Shown: positions 12,734 to 23,493, counted from the stretch's first letter. The stretch is 64,000 nt of DNA from Akkermansiaceae bacterium (GCA_051251915.1 JBPOGF010000006.1:64001-128000), one strand, 5' to 3'. Made by a program: numbers and translations. Notes: a model not told the origin generated them from the sequence alone.

Positions 12734-13444
12734 TTAACGCTTTCTTCTTAGTAATATCAGTGAAGAAAGTGATAGAAGAAGAGCTGAGCTAGGCTCAGGT
12801 ACTGCGTCTACTGAAGTTAAAGTTATGTTATCGACTGTTATATTAGGATGAGGATAACCATCGGATACAGCTCCTACGAAGATAGCTAAAGCGTCAGATC
12901 CGTCATAGTCGAAATTTAGTTCAATACTTCCTGTGTTAGGGTCATCAGTAAAATTATAATTTTCTGTTATTACTAGATTTGAAGTTCCAGATCCACCTCT
13001 TTCTTGAAGTTCACCTGTCTGAGCATTGAGATAAATTCTATCATTGGTATTAGTCTCTGTCTCAAAATCATTTCCAGTGAATATATTCACTCTAAGAGAA
13101 TCACTAATGTTAGTTTCTCTGTCTGCAGTTAACTCAAAATTAGTGATGTCGAGTGTTAGGCTGTAAGAACCTGCTGGTAATAAATCACCAGCTTCAAAAG
13201 CAATTCCTATTCCACGGAAACCGCTTGTAGAAGATAGTAGTAAAGCTTCATCTACGATGGAGGCACTTGAGGCAACTGAAATCTCACCATAAGTAGCAAG
13301 AGATGATCTGCCTCCCAGGTTAGCTTGAGTTGTACTAGGTAATGTTGCAGCGGAGAAATCTTCACTGTAGACTACTGGACCAGCGTATAGAGGAAGCGCA
13401 GAGGCTATGATGATAATTGATTGTTTAATAAGGGGATAATTCAT
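12734..13444 (-). CDS. PEP-CTERM surface protein
   Basis: Signal peptide; C-terminus VPEPSSALLLSLSSLILLRRKR. Confidence 0.92.
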   Translation of the reverse strand: MNYPLIKQSIIIIASALPLYAGPVVYSEDFSAATLPSTTQANLGGRSSLATYGEISVASSASIVDEALLLSSTSGFRGIGIAFEAGDLLPAGSYSLTLDITNFELTADRETNISDSLRVNIFTGNDFETETNTNDRIYLNAQTGELQERGGSGTSNLVITENYNFTDDPNTGSIELNFDYDGSDALAIFVGAVSDGYPHPNITVDNITLTSVDAVPEPSSALLLSLSSLILLRRKR

Positions 13445-13956
13445 AATATATTAGTTAGTTATTTATCGAGGGGCTGTGAATTTATCAAAAAACACCATAA
13501 GGTCAACAACAGTTTATTGTTTTTTTATAATTACGACGGTGTGGAGCGTTAATTATAAATATAATTAGGATGGGTTAATAAAAATGAAATATTTATTAAC
13601 ATTAAAGGCGCCTCTGGCAACTCCCGACTATGCTGTTTAGAATGAGTGAGCTAAGGAGGTTTGCACCTCAAGGCAATCGGTAAAAACGTCTCGGATCAGC
13701 TCAGGAAATGGTGAACGAGTAGGCTAGATTGAAACAGAGAAACCTCTCGCAACTGGTGGTCTCTTGAGCGCGGAGCTTCTTGTGCGGAGCTTCTTGTATA
13801 GTGTTAAGGGCCTAATTTTCATCGTTTCTGCCCTCCTTGGGTTAGGTTGGTGTGGCATAATGACTACTGACGGTATCATGACTGGTGACTTGGGATTTAG
13901 GCTAATTCCTTATCCATTCTTGTTGTTACTTAGCAAATGGGGTAGGTCTATGAGTA

Positions 13957-15687
13957 ATGAAATATTTGTATTGTCTGCTTTTGTTGTGTGCGCCGGTTAC
14001 AGCGGTTGTTAAGGCTGGTGAGGATGCTAAGCCGAATGTGTTGTTTATTGCGGTGGATGATCTTAATGATTGGATAGGGTGTATGGGGGGGAATGAGCAG
14101 TCGATCACTCCGAATTTTGATAAGTTGGCGAGGCAGGGGATGTTGTTTACGAATGCGCATTGTGTGGCGCCGGCTTGTAATCCGTCACGGACGGCGACGA
14201 TGACTGGGCGATCACCGCATAAGACTGGGGTGTATTCTAATGCGCAGAATATGCGTGATCAGTTACCGGATGAGGATACGATGCCGGCGTATTTTATGAA
14301 GCATGGGTACTGGGCTGGTGGGTCTGGGAAGATGTTTCATTATTTCACGGATGCTCGTTCTTGGGATGAGTATTTCCCGGAGAAGTCTACTGAGATGCCG
14401 CTGCCTTATACGTTATATCCTGAGACGCGTCCGCTGACGTTGAGGCGTGCGGGACCGTGGCAGTATGTGGAGACTGATTGGGGTCCGTTGGAGACTACTG
14501 ATAAGGATTTTGGTGGTGATTATTCTGTGTCTGAGTGGGTGGGGAATCAGTTGAGCAAGGAGCATGAGAAGCCGTTCTTTCTTGCGTGTGGGATCTACCG
14601 TCCGCATGAGCCTTGGTTTGTGCCGCAGAAGTATTTTGATAAGTTTCCGTTAGAGGATATTAAGTTGCCGCCTGCTTATAAGAAGGGTGATATTGATGAT
14701 TTGCCGGAGGCGGGTCAGAGAATGGCGAATAACAGGTATTTCCCGCATATTGTTAAGGAGGGTCAGTGGGAGCGTGGGATTCAGGGGTATTTGGCTTCGA
14801 TTAATTTTGCGGATGCGATGTTAGGTCGTGTGCTTGAGTCGCTGGAGAATGGTCCGAATAAGGATAATACGATTGTTGTGCTGTGGTCTGATCATGGTTG
14901 GCATCTTGGTTCTAAGGAGCATTGGCAGAAGTATTCTGCTTGGAGGGCTTGTACTCGGATTCCTTTGATGATGAAGGTGCCTGCTGAGCTTTCTGCGAAG
15001 CTTCCTGAGGGGATAGCTGCTGGTGGGGTGAGTGATGAGCCGGTGAGTTTGATTTCTCTGTTCCCTACTTTGACTGATCTGTGTGGGCTTCCTGGGAAGG
15101 CTAATGTGGATGGGGCATCGCTTGTGCCGATGTTGAAGGATCCGACGACTATGGTGGATCCGGTGGCGATTACGTATCTGGATAAGCCTGGGAGTGTGGG
15201 TGTGAGTGGTAAGGACTGGCGTTATATTCAGTATCATGATGGCTCTGAGGAGCTTTATGATATTGTGGCTGATCCTTATGAGTGGGATAATTTAGCGAAG
15301 CAGGAGAGTGCTGAGGTGAAGGCGAAGCTGGAGGAGTTCCGTAAGCATGTGCCGGCGGAGTTTGCTCCGAAGCCTAAGATTAAGGTGAAGGATCTGATGG
15401 CGCTTAAGTGGCAGGAGATAGATGCGAAGGTGGGTGTGCCTGTTTCTAAGCCTGATGGTGGAGACATTCGTCTGGCTATTGTGAATAAGCGTGGGGAGAA
15501 GGTTCAGGTCTTTAGGGTTTCTCCTGATGGCGCGCAGGTGAGGATGGGCGAGGTGGATGCGGAGTCTACTGAGGAATTTAAGTCTAAGCCTGGTGAGGTG
15601 TGGTTGATCAAGAGTGAGGAGTGGACTGATCTGGGGTATTTCCAATTTAAGGATAGGGGTTCTCAGGCTGTGATACCTGCTTCTTAG
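13957..15687 (+). CDS. Secreted formylglycine sulfatase (iduronate-2-sulfatase-like) with C-terminal VHL-beta-like domain
   Basis: NVLFIAVDDLND, CNPSR, GK.FH, YRPH.P, SDHG.HLG.K, ELYD...DP.E..N. Confidence 0.9.
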   Translation: MKYLYCLLLLCAPVTAVVKAGEDAKPNVLFIAVDDLNDWIGCMGGNEQSITPNFDKLARQGMLFTNAHCVAPACNPSRTATMTGRSPHKTGVYSNAQNMRDQLPDEDTMPAYFMKHGYWAGGSGKMFHYFTDARSWDEYFPEKSTEMPLPYTLYPETRPLTLRRAGPWQYVETDWGPLETTDKDFGGDYSVSEWVGNQLSKEHEKPFFLACGIYRPHEPWFVPQKYFDKFPLEDIKLPPAYKKGDIDDLPEAGQRMANNRYFPHIVKEGQWERGIQGYLASINFADAMLGRVLESLENGPNKDNTIVVLWSDHGWHLGSKEHWQKYSAWRACTRIPLMMKVPAELSAKLPEGIAAGGVSDEPVSLISLFPTLTDLCGLPGKANVDGASLVPMLKDPTTMVDPVAITYLDKPGSVGVSGKDWRYIQYHDGSEELYDIVADPYEWDNLAKQESAEVKAKLEEFRKHVPAEFAPKPKIKVKDLMALKWQEIDAKVGVPVSKPDGGDIRLAIVNKRGEKVQVFRVSPDGAQVRMGEVDAESTEEFKSKPGEVWLIKSEEWTDLGYFQFKDRGSQAVIPAS

Positions 15688-15795
15688 GTTGATCTGTGGA
15701 GGGGCGCTGCTTGTGAAATAAAGCATCATTTTAATCGATGGAGATATGGATGTTATCAATTTGAATGATTTGTGAATTCTGCTTAGGGTTGCGCC

Positions 15796-18408
15796 ATGTC
15801 AGAAGACGAATTTGTAATACCTGAGAAACATAGAGTGGGAGCAGCGGACACTCGATCATTTTGGACGATGGTGGTGTTGGCGGCGCAGAATGCCTTTAAT
15901 GATAAGGCTGCGCAGACGATGTTGACGGTTTTGGGGGTGTTTATAGCGAATGCTGCATTTAGGGCTCATCATGCGGGGGATATGTCTGCGGAGGCGCTTT
16001 CGACTGCGAGTTCGGCTGGTAGTGCATGGGTTCCGTTGGCGTTTGGGGCGTTGATTTTGGCGCCGTTTATTTTGTTGGCCCCGATTGCTGGGTGGATTTC
16101 GGATCGGTTTAGTAAGACGCGGGTGTTGCGGGCTGGTGCGTTGATGCAGGTTTGTGTGTTGGCGTTGATTTTGTGGGCGGTGAGTATTGAGAATTTTTAT
16201 ATTGGTATCACTGGTTTTGGGTTGTTGGCATTGCAGTCGACTATTTTGAGTCCGGCGAAGAAGGGTATAGTGAAGGAGATGATGGGGAGTGAGAAGCTGG
16301 GTGCGGCGAGTGGGGTGCTGGAGCTGAGTTCTGTATTGGCGATTTGTGTGGGGCAGATTTTGAGTGGATTTTGGTTTGATAGTAGGATGGCGGAGGCTGG
16401 ATCACCGTGGGAGGCTGCGCATTTTCCGATCATGTTGTTGTTGATTTTTTCTGTTCCGGCTTATTTGGCATCTTATACGATGAAGGTTTATCCGTCTCCT
16501 GGGAAGCGGCCGTTTAAGAAGAGTATCGTTTTTGAGCATGTGGGGCAGATGAAGGATCTGTTAGGTGATTCGCGGATACGGCTTAGTGCGTTGGCGATTG
16601 CGTTTTTCTGGTTTATTGGTGGGTTTATCAATGTGGCTGCGATTCAGGTGGCGAATGAGATCACGGAGAGTTCAAAACTTACCTCTGGGAGTTCTAGTGG
16701 GATGGGATCTGAGTTGGCTTATCTGTTGGCGGCGGCTAGTGGTGGTATGATTCTTGGTGGTTCGTTGGCTGCTTATAGTAGTAGGAGGTCTATTGAGCTT
16801 GGGTTGGTTCCTATTGGTGGGATTTTGATGGTGGTGGGGAGTTTGTCGTTGGCGTTTGTGCCTACTGATGGGGTTTGGTTTAAGTTTTGGATTGGGTTTA
16901 CGGGGTTTGGTGCTTCGATGTTTTTGGTTCCTTTGAATGCGTATCTTCAGGATAATTGTGATGAGAATAAGCGTGGGAAGGTGATCGCTGGTTCTAATCT
17001 GTTAGATTGTATTGCAGGGGCTTTTGCGCTTGGGATGTTTTCTACGTTGTTGGCAGTGGGGGTGAGTATTAATCACCAGTTTATTATCATTGCGGTGTTG
17101 TGTTTGGCGGTGACTATTTATGCGACGACGATTTTGCCGAGGCATTTTGTTAGATTTACGGTGTTGACGTTTATGCGGATATTTTATCGGCAGAAGGTGT
17201 TGCATGCGGAGCGGATGCCGGATGAGGGTGGGGTTCTTATTGTGCCTAACCATGTGACTTATTTGGATGCGTTTATTTTGACTGCGTCTAGTAAGCGACC
17301 GATTCGGTTTTTGATGTATGATAGTTATTTTAAGAAGGCTGGGTTAGTGAGGTTCTTTATTAAGTTTTTTGATACGGTTCCTATTTCTGATAAGCGTGCT
17401 AAGGAGGCGATTCAGAAGGCTGCGGATGCGGTGGCTGAGGGTGGAGTGGTGTGTATATTCCCTGAGGGTCAGTTGACTAGGTCTGGGTGTATGAATGAGC
17501 TGAAGAGGGGGTTTGAGATGATAGCGCGGAAGGCGAAGTGTCCGGTGGTTCCGGTGTATATGGATGGGTTGTGGGGGTCTATTTTCTCTTTTGAGCGGGG
17601 GAAATTTATTTTTAAGTGGCCGTATAGACTGAAGTATGGGGTGACTGTGGCGTGGGGTGAACCGATGGGGGCTAGGGAGGCTACTGCGGTGGCTGTTAGG
17701 GAGAAGTTGAGTGAGTTGAGCGCTGAGTCGTTTTCTTATCGGGATGTGCTGCAGAAGCCGATGAAGTCAGCTTGTGGTGGTAGGGTGAAGGTGAAGGAGG
17801 GGAGTGAGGAGTTGCTGGAAAAACTTACCTCTGAGGTTTCTCAGATGCCTGAGGAGAAGGTGCTGGGGTTGGTTTATAATGCGTTGCAGATTTCTGAGGT
17901 GCATGCGCTGAGGAAGAAGGATACTATTGCGCTTTATGTGGATGAACTGGGTGATGTGGCGCATGTTCTTGCGGTTATTTTGCCTAGGATAGGTAGGTAT
18001 AATGTGGTGTTGATAGATGATGCTACTACGGCGGATGAAGTGAAGGCTTGGGGGGAGAAGTATGAGATTAAGAATTACTTTGGTGGTGAGAAGTTGCGTG
18101 AATTGTTAGATTCTGCGGGGCTGACTGAGGTGCCGATTTATTTGGTGAATGGGAGTGCGGCTTCTGAGCGATGTTATCCGGTGAAGGTGGTGGATGAGCG
18201 GGTGGTGGCTATGTCTATGCCGCATCCTATAGCGGTGACGAAGACGAATCAATTTCAGGCGGGATGGAAGGAATCTGCATATGGTAGGGTGCTTCCGGGG
18301 TATAGAGTGGATGAAAATGGTGAGAGGGATATGATTTATGATCCGCAGGGGAATCTGCCGATTGTAGAGGCGGTTGTGGATAGTGAGGGCTTTATGATGG
18401 TGGGGTAG
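15796..18408 (+). CDS. Aas-type fusion: LplT-like MFS + PlsC acyltransferase + degenerate AMP-binding region
   Basis: QNAFND, AGWISDRFSK, ELGLVPIG; NHVTYLD and FPEG acyltransferase motifs. Confidence 0.85.
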   Translation: MSEDEFVIPEKHRVGAADTRSFWTMVVLAAQNAFNDKAAQTMLTVLGVFIANAAFRAHHAGDMSAEALSTASSAGSAWVPLAFGALILAPFILLAPIAGWISDRFSKTRVLRAGALMQVCVLALILWAVSIENFYIGITGFGLLALQSTILSPAKKGIVKEMMGSEKLGAASGVLELSSVLAICVGQILSGFWFDSRMAEAGSPWEAAHFPIMLLLIFSVPAYLASYTMKVYPSPGKRPFKKSIVFEHVGQMKDLLGDSRIRLSALAIAFFWFIGGFINVAAIQVANEITESSKLTSGSSSGMGSELAYLLAAASGGMILGGSLAAYSSRRSIELGLVPIGGILMVVGSLSLAFVPTDGVWFKFWIGFTGFGASMFLVPLNAYLQDNCDENKRGKVIAGSNLLDCIAGAFALGMFSTLLAVGVSINHQFIIIAVLCLAVTIYATTILPRHFVRFTVLTFMRIFYRQKVLHAERMPDEGGVLIVPNHVTYLDAFILTASSKRPIRFLMYDSYFKKAGLVRFFIKFFDTVPISDKRAKEAIQKAADAVAEGGVVCIFPEGQLTRSGCMNELKRGFEMIARKAKCPVVPVYMDGLWGSIFSFERGKFIFKWPYRLKYGVTVAWGEPMGAREATAVAVREKLSELSAESFSYRDVLQKPMKSACGGRVKVKEGSEELLEKLTSEVSQMPEEKVLGLVYNALQISEVHALRKKDTIALYVDELGDVAHVLAVILPRIGRYNVVLIDDATTADEVKAWGEKYEIKNYFGGEKLRELLDSAGLTEVPIYLVNGSAASERCYPVKVVDERVVAMSMPHPIAVTKTNQFQAGWKESAYGRVLPGYRVDENGERDMIYDPQGNLPIVEAVVDSEGFMMVG

Positions 18409-18421
18409 AGGGCTGCGCCCT

Positions 18422-18470
18422 GGAAGCAGGAAGCGGGAAGCGGGAAGCGGGAAGCGGGAAGCGAGGAGCG
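18422..18470. repeat. Heptamer tandem array (GGAAGCG)x7
   Basis: Five identical units plus two variants, 13 nt after a stop codon. Confidence 0.95.
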
Positions 18471-18545
18471 TGACAACTATCGTTTTGCGATACATACTCT
18501 AATCTCTGGGCTTGCAGTTCGCTGTATCTGGGACATTATCTTTGG

Positions 18546-19526
18546 GTGACTAAGGACAAAATTATTGCGAGGGCGAAGCGGGTGATCGAGATAGAGCAGC
18601 AGGCTATTAATGGGTTGTTGGTTAATCTGGGGCAGGAATTCGTGGATGCTATTGGGTTGCTGGCGGATGCTGTGGAGGCTAAGAATAAGGTTGTGGTTGT
18701 GGGTGTGGGGAAGTCTGGGAACATTAGCCATAAGATAGCGGCTACGTTGAATTCTACTGGGGCTACTGCTGTGGTGTTGAATTCTCAGAATGCGCTGCAT
18801 GGTGATCTGGGGATTATTTCTGATGGGGATGTGGTGTTGGCTTTGTCTTATTCTGGTGAGACTGCTGAGTTGGTGGATTTGATTCCTTCGATTAAACGGT
18901 TTGATGTGAAGTTGATTAGTATTACGGGGAAGGCTGAATCTACTTTGGCTCGGTATTCTGATATTGCGTTGTTGACTCCGGTGGAGCGTGAGGCTTGTCC
19001 GTTGAATTTGGCGCCTACTTCGTCGTCGACGGCGGCGTTGGTGATGGGTGATGCGTTGGCGATGGTTTTGTTAGATGCTAGGGGGTTTACGGAGAAGGAT
19101 TTTGCGCGGTATCATCCGGGTGGATCGCTTGGTAGGGCATTGCTCACGAAGGTGGAAGATATTATGCGGACTGGTGATTCCTTGGCGAAGTTAGCGCCGG
19201 GGGTGACGGTGGAGGTGGCTATTGGGGCGATGAGTAAATCTCGTTCTGGTGCTTGTGTGTTGGTGAGTGAGGATGGAGGACTGGCAGGGGTGTTTACTCA
19301 TGGGGATTTTGCTAGGGCGTTTGAGCAGAATGATTCTGTTAGGGGGAGGTTAGTGAGTGAATTTATGACGGTGGAGCCGATTACGGTGTTGGCGAGTTCG
19401 CTGGCGGCGGAGGCTATTAAGAAGATAGGGAAGCATAAGGTGGATGACATTGTGGTGCTTGATGATGCGGGTAAGCCGGTGGGGCTGGTGGATACGCAGG
19501 ATTTTGCTAGGTTGAAGCTGATCTAG
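18546..19526 (+). CDS. kdsD: Arabinose-5-phosphate isomerase (SIS + 2 CBS)
   Basis: GVGKSG, HGDLG, SYSGET, EACPLNLAPTSS, HPGGSLG. Confidence 0.93.
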   Translation: MTKDKIIARAKRVIEIEQQAINGLLVNLGQEFVDAIGLLADAVEAKNKVVVVGVGKSGNISHKIAATLNSTGATAVVLNSQNALHGDLGIISDGDVVLALSYSGETAELVDLIPSIKRFDVKLISITGKAESTLARYSDIALLTPVEREACPLNLAPTSSSTAALVMGDALAMVLLDARGFTEKDFARYHPGGSLGRALLTKVEDIMRTGDSLAKLAPGVTVEVAIGAMSKSRSGACVLVSEDGGLAGVFTHGDFARAFEQNDSVRGRLVSEFMTVEPITVLASSLAAEAIKKIGKHKVDDIVVLDDAGKPVGLVDTQDFARLKLI

Positions 19527-19598
19527 TTTGGTTTGTTTTAGTTTGTTTTGGGGCTATCTTGGTCTAGTTTATGCTAGGGATGTGGTTGTAGAAAATTT

Positions 19599-20759
19599 AT
19601 GAAAATGTTGATGATCTTATTTACGGTGATGCTTAGTGGCATGGCGTTTGCAAATGAAGCTATGACTCGGGCCTTAGTGGCTGCTGGTGAGAATAGAGCT
19701 GAGGTGGAGATAGCTCTGGCAAGTGTGCCGGATGAGCAGCGGGAGGGGTTGAGTTTTCTGGTTCGGTATATGCCGGATGAGGATCTGAAGTCGCTTACGG
19801 CGGAGTTTTTGTTAGAGAATGTTGCTTTGGCTTATAAGGCGAGGGGGGAGTTTGCTTGGGCGAGGGATTTACCTGAGGAGATATTTTTTAATGATGTGCT
19901 GCCTTATGCTGTTCTGGATGAGACTAGGGATAACTGGCGGAAGGATTTCTACGATAGGTTTTCTAAGCATGTGGTGGGGGCTACTACGATGAAGGAGGCG
20001 ATAAAGGCGGTGAATTTTGCGGTGATGGGTGAGGTGAAGGTGAAGTATAGCACGAAGCGGAAGAAGCCTCACCAGAGTCCTTATGAGTCGATGGAGATCA
20101 ATGTGGCTAGCTGCACTGGGCTATCAATTTTGCTGGTGGATGCGTTTAGGGCAGTGGGTATTCCTGCACGTGTGGCGGGGATTCCGATGTGGACTACGAA
20201 GCGAGGGAATCATAATTGGGTGGAGGTATGGACGCCTGGGGATAAGAGCTGGCATTGTACTGAATTTAATCCGGATAAGAGCGGGGATTTGGATCTTGGG
20301 TGGTATGTTAAGGATGCTTCGAAAGCGAATCCGGAGAGTTTTTATCATAGTATTTATGCTACTTCTTGGAAGCCGACAGAGATTCATTTTCCGATGGTGT
20401 GGAATATGGAAAGCAAGCAGGTGCATGGGGTGAATGTGAGTGAATTTTATATTAAGCTAGGTGGTGGGGATGAGAAGGTTGCGGGGGATTTATGTGAGCT
20501 TAGGATAGATTATACTGTGGCTGGAGAGAGGATTTCTGTGCCGGTGGCGGTGACTCAGGCTGATGTGAAGCTTAGTGAGGGCGCGACTCCGGAGCCGACT
20601 GATGATATGAATCAATTTTATAGTCTGTCGGTGAAGAAGGGGCAGATGTATCAAGTGGTGTGGAAGGCGCCAGGTGAGGAAAAATGGCGGAGGGTGGAGG
20701 TTCTGCCAAAGCAGACGAAGGGTGAGGAACCTTTCTTGAGGGTGAAGTTGGTGAAGTAG
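19599..20759 (+). CDS. Secreted transglutaminase-like domain protein
   Basis: Signal peptide; ASCTGLSI...RAVGIPAR...GNHNWVEVW. Confidence 0.8.
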   Translation: MKMLMILFTVMLSGMAFANEAMTRALVAAGENRAEVEIALASVPDEQREGLSFLVRYMPDEDLKSLTAEFLLENVALAYKARGEFAWARDLPEEIFFNDVLPYAVLDETRDNWRKDFYDRFSKHVVGATTMKEAIKAVNFAVMGEVKVKYSTKRKKPHQSPYESMEINVASCTGLSILLVDAFRAVGIPARVAGIPMWTTKRGNHNWVEVWTPGDKSWHCTEFNPDKSGDLDLGWYVKDASKANPESFYHSIYATSWKPTEIHFPMVWNMESKQVHGVNVSEFYIKLGGGDEKVAGDLCELRIDYTVAGERISVPVAVTQADVKLSEGATPEPTDDMNQFYSLSVKKGQMYQVVWKAPGEEKWRRVEVLPKQTKGEEPFLRVKLVK

Positions 20760-20872
20760 TTAATAGTTTGGTGTGACTAGGGGTAAGTTTTGGAGGTGGG
20801 GAGTATGACACAAAGCTGGGGATAGCATGTTTTATACTTGGAGAACTGGGGAACTTGGCTAAAAGGATTCAG

Positions 20873-21775
20873 ATGCATATTTTAGAGATTCTTAATGGTG
20901 ATAAGCCATCGCTTTCATTTGAGTTCTTCCCGCCGCGCACTGAGCAGGCCTCGGATGCGCTCTATGGTGTGATCGCGGAGTTAGAACCCTACAAGCCGTC
21001 CTTTGTGTCCGTGACTTACGGAGCGGGTGGTGCTACGCGTGATCTTACTCATGATTTGGTGATCCGGATCAAGGAGACGACTGGTGTTCCGCCGGTGCCG
21101 CACCTTACTTGCATAGGGCATACTGAGGAGGAGATAGATCAAATTTTACAGCGTTATGCGGATGCGGGAGTGGGAAACATTCTGGCGCTGAGGGGGGATC
21201 CGCCGAAGGATGAGCCTAATTATGACAGGTCTAAGGATGCGTTTAAGTATGCGGCTGATTTGGTGGCATTTATTAAGAAATTCAATGAGTCTGGTAGGCA
21301 TCCTGATCCGCTTGGGTTTGGGATAGGTGTGGCGGGATTTCCTGAGGGGCATCCGACGACGCCGAATAGGGTGAAGGAAATGGCATTTCTTAAGGCGAAG
21401 GTGGATGCGGGGGCGGATTATATTTGCACGCAGCTGTTTTTCGATAATCACGACTTTTTTGACTACCGTGAGCGCTGTGAGCTGGAGGGGATAACGATTC
21501 CTATTATTGCGGGGATTATGCCTGTGACATCGCTTAAGGGGATGGATAGGATGGCGGAACTCGCTGAGGGTGCGCGGTATCCGGCTAAGTTGATCCGTGC
21601 GCTTCAGCGTGCTGGGGGTGACCCTGATGCGGTGGAAAATGTGGGGATTCACTATGCTGCGCAGCAGTGTGCAGAGCTACTGGATGCGGATGTGGCGGGG
21701 ATACATTTCTACACTTTGAATAAAAGTAGGGCTACACAGCAAATTTATGCAAATTTAGGCTTGAACCGAATCTAA
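20873..21775 (+). CDS. metF: 5,10-methylenetetrahydrofolate reductase
   Basis: SFEFFPP, SVTYGAGG, HLTC, LALRGD, KVDAGAD, TQLFFD, HFYTLN. Confidence 0.96.
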   Translation: MHILEILNGDKPSLSFEFFPPRTEQASDALYGVIAELEPYKPSFVSVTYGAGGATRDLTHDLVIRIKETTGVPPVPHLTCIGHTEEEIDQILQRYADAGVGNILALRGDPPKDEPNYDRSKDAFKYAADLVAFIKKFNESGRHPDPLGFGIGVAGFPEGHPTTPNRVKEMAFLKAKVDAGADYICTQLFFDNHDFFDYRERCELEGITIPIIAGIMPVTSLKGMDRMAELAEGARYPAKLIRALQRAGGDPDAVENVGIHYAAQQCAELLDADVAGIHFYTLNKSRATQQIYANLGLNRI

Positions 21776-21833
21776 ACTTACTCTAATACTCTGCCCGTGC
21801 CAGCAAGAACGGCACAAAACGCATCAAATATCA

Positions 21834-21907
21834 GCGGGTATAGCATAGTGGTAATGCACCAGCCTTCCAAGCTGAGTAGGAGAGTTCGATTCTCTCTACC
21901 CGCTCCA
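21834..21907 (+). tRNA. tRNA-Gly(TCC)
   Basis: GCGGGTA/TACCCGC acceptor stem, loop CTTCCAA, GTTCGATT T-loop, encoded CCA. Confidence 0.96.
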
Positions 21908-21920
21908 TTTGATCAAAGAT

Positions 21921-21953
21921 AAGCCCGCTACTTTTTACAGTGCGGGCTTTTTT
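21921..21953 (+). terminator. Intrinsic terminator after tRNA
   Basis: AAGCCCGC...GCGGGCTT plus T-run. Confidence 0.85.
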
Positions 21954-22000
21954 GGGTTTTGGTGTATTTGTGGTTTGGAGTCTTGGAAACTTGGAGGCTA

Positions 22001-23383
22001 TTACTTAGAATATTTTCTTTGTGATGCTTTGCCGCCTTTGCTCCATTTTTTGCGTTCGTAGGCGCTTTTTTCGGCTTTATCGATGTCGCCGGCCATTTTT
22101 TCTGCTTCTTTGGTTACTTCATTGAGTTGTTTCTTCCATTCATCAGGGATTTTTGCTGCGCTGGTTTTGGCTTGTTGGACGGCTTGGAGGAGTTCTTTTT
22201 TGGCGTCGTCAAATTTGCGTTGCTCAACTAGTTTGGCTGCATTCTCTAGTCGGTTAGCGAGTTCTATTTCTGCGATGCGGGCGGTTACTTCCATGTTTTG
22301 CTGGCCTAGGATTAATTGTTGATCGTCCGATACGGTGATGGTGAGTGGCTGAGTCTTGAGTGTGACGGGGAGTTCTTGTTCGCCGTTGAGCTGCTTGTAG
22401 TCGAGGGTGAATGGTGGGAGGGTGAGCTGCTGTCCGTTCTGGAGTTGGGCTGGGAAATTGATACGGCAGAGGATGGCTCTGGTTTGGCCGGAGAAGATTT
22501 CGCCGAGTGGGACGCGCACTGCTTGTGCTTGATGTTGAGCTATCCAGCCGTAGACTTTATCTAGTTTCATGCCTTGTGGGATGGATGTCTTGAGTTGTAG
22601 GTCTTTGCCTACGGTTGATGCCATTTGGGAAATCTCTTGGTTGAGGGTCTCGGTGATTTTATTTGATTCTTCGATGAAGTAGTAGTTTCCGCCGCCGTTG
22701 TCGGCGATGCCGGTCATGAGGTCCTCGTTGTAGTCTACTCCGAGTCCGAGTGTGGTGATGACGATTCCGTTTTGTAGGGCTTCACGTGCTATTTTATTGA
22801 GCTTAGCGGGGTCTTTGATACCGGCATTTGCGTTGCCATCCGAGATGAGTAATACGCGGTTGACCTGGGCTTTGTCTTTATTTTTGGTGACGCAGTTGAT
22901 GCCATTGATCATTCCTTCGCTGAGGTTGGTGCCACCTCCATCAGAAATGGTGTGGATGATGGCTTCAATTTTGTTGCGGGTGATTTCATTGATGACGGTG
23001 GGTTCTACGTTTACGGTGAAGTCATTGGAGTAGCTCACTACTGATACGGTGTCGCCATCGCGCATTTGTTTTAGCATCTGGATGGCTGAGTTACGGGCAT
23101 CGATTATTTTCTGGCCGGACATGGAGCCGGAGCGGTCGATGACGAGTGAGAGGTTGAGTTTTTTGTGAGCTTGTGGGGCGTTGGATTTTGCGGAGGAGAG
23201 TCTTAGTAGAACGTAGGCGTGCTTTTCTGTGCTGGAGATCAGCGGCTTTTGTGTCTTGGCTGTTAGAGTGAGGGTGTTTGGGTTATTTGCTGGTGGGTCT
23301 GCTGGCTGTTGGGCGATGAGATTGGTAGCTAGGATGAGTAGCGAAGTTATTGTGGTTAGAAGTGGGTTTGGTTTTATTTTCAT
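22001..23383 (-). CDS. Secreted VWA-domain protein (YfbK-like)
   Basis: MIDAS LVIDRSGSM, GGTN, LLISDG.AN, GVDYNEDLM. Confidence 0.88.
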   Translation of the reverse strand: MKIKPNPLLTTITSLLILATNLIAQQPADPPANNPNTLTLTAKTQKPLISSTEKHAYVLLRLSSAKSNAPQAHKKLNLSLVIDRSGSMSGQKIIDARNSAIQMLKQMRDGDTVSVVSYSNDFTVNVEPTVINEITRNKIEAIIHTISDGGGTNLSEGMINGINCVTKNKDKAQVNRVLLISDGNANAGIKDPAKLNKIAREALQNGIVITTLGLGVDYNEDLMTGIADNGGGNYYFIEESNKITETLNQEISQMASTVGKDLQLKTSIPQGMKLDKVYGWIAQHQAQAVRVPLGEIFSGQTRAILCRINFPAQLQNGQQLTLPPFTLDYKQLNGEQELPVTLKTQPLTITVSDDQQLILGQQNMEVTARIAEIELANRLENAAKLVEQRKFDDAKKELLQAVQQAKTSAAKIPDEWKKQLNEVTKEAEKMAGDIDKAEKSAYERKKWSKGGKASQRKYSK

Positions 23384-23493
23384 AGCTTAGTCGAGTTAAG
23401 GTTATAGTAATCTTAGTAACAGTTAGGATGTGATATGTTCAAACTTAACAGTATTTAGCGACTTAAGTGTAAAGTGTGTGTAAAGTGGATGGA

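Noticed and set aside
13600..13950. Skew-neutral intergenic stretch with a short direct repeat (GCGGAGCTTCTTGT x2); possible ncRNA or IS remnant
   Set aside because: No recognisable RNA family, terminal repeats or transposase-like translation
20760..20872. SAM riboswitch upstream of metF
   Set aside because: No recognisable SAM aptamer motifs in the short intergenic region
21834..22000. tRNA-Gly as an island integration site
   Set aside because: Followed by its terminator; no integrase and no duplicated tRNA 3' end seen
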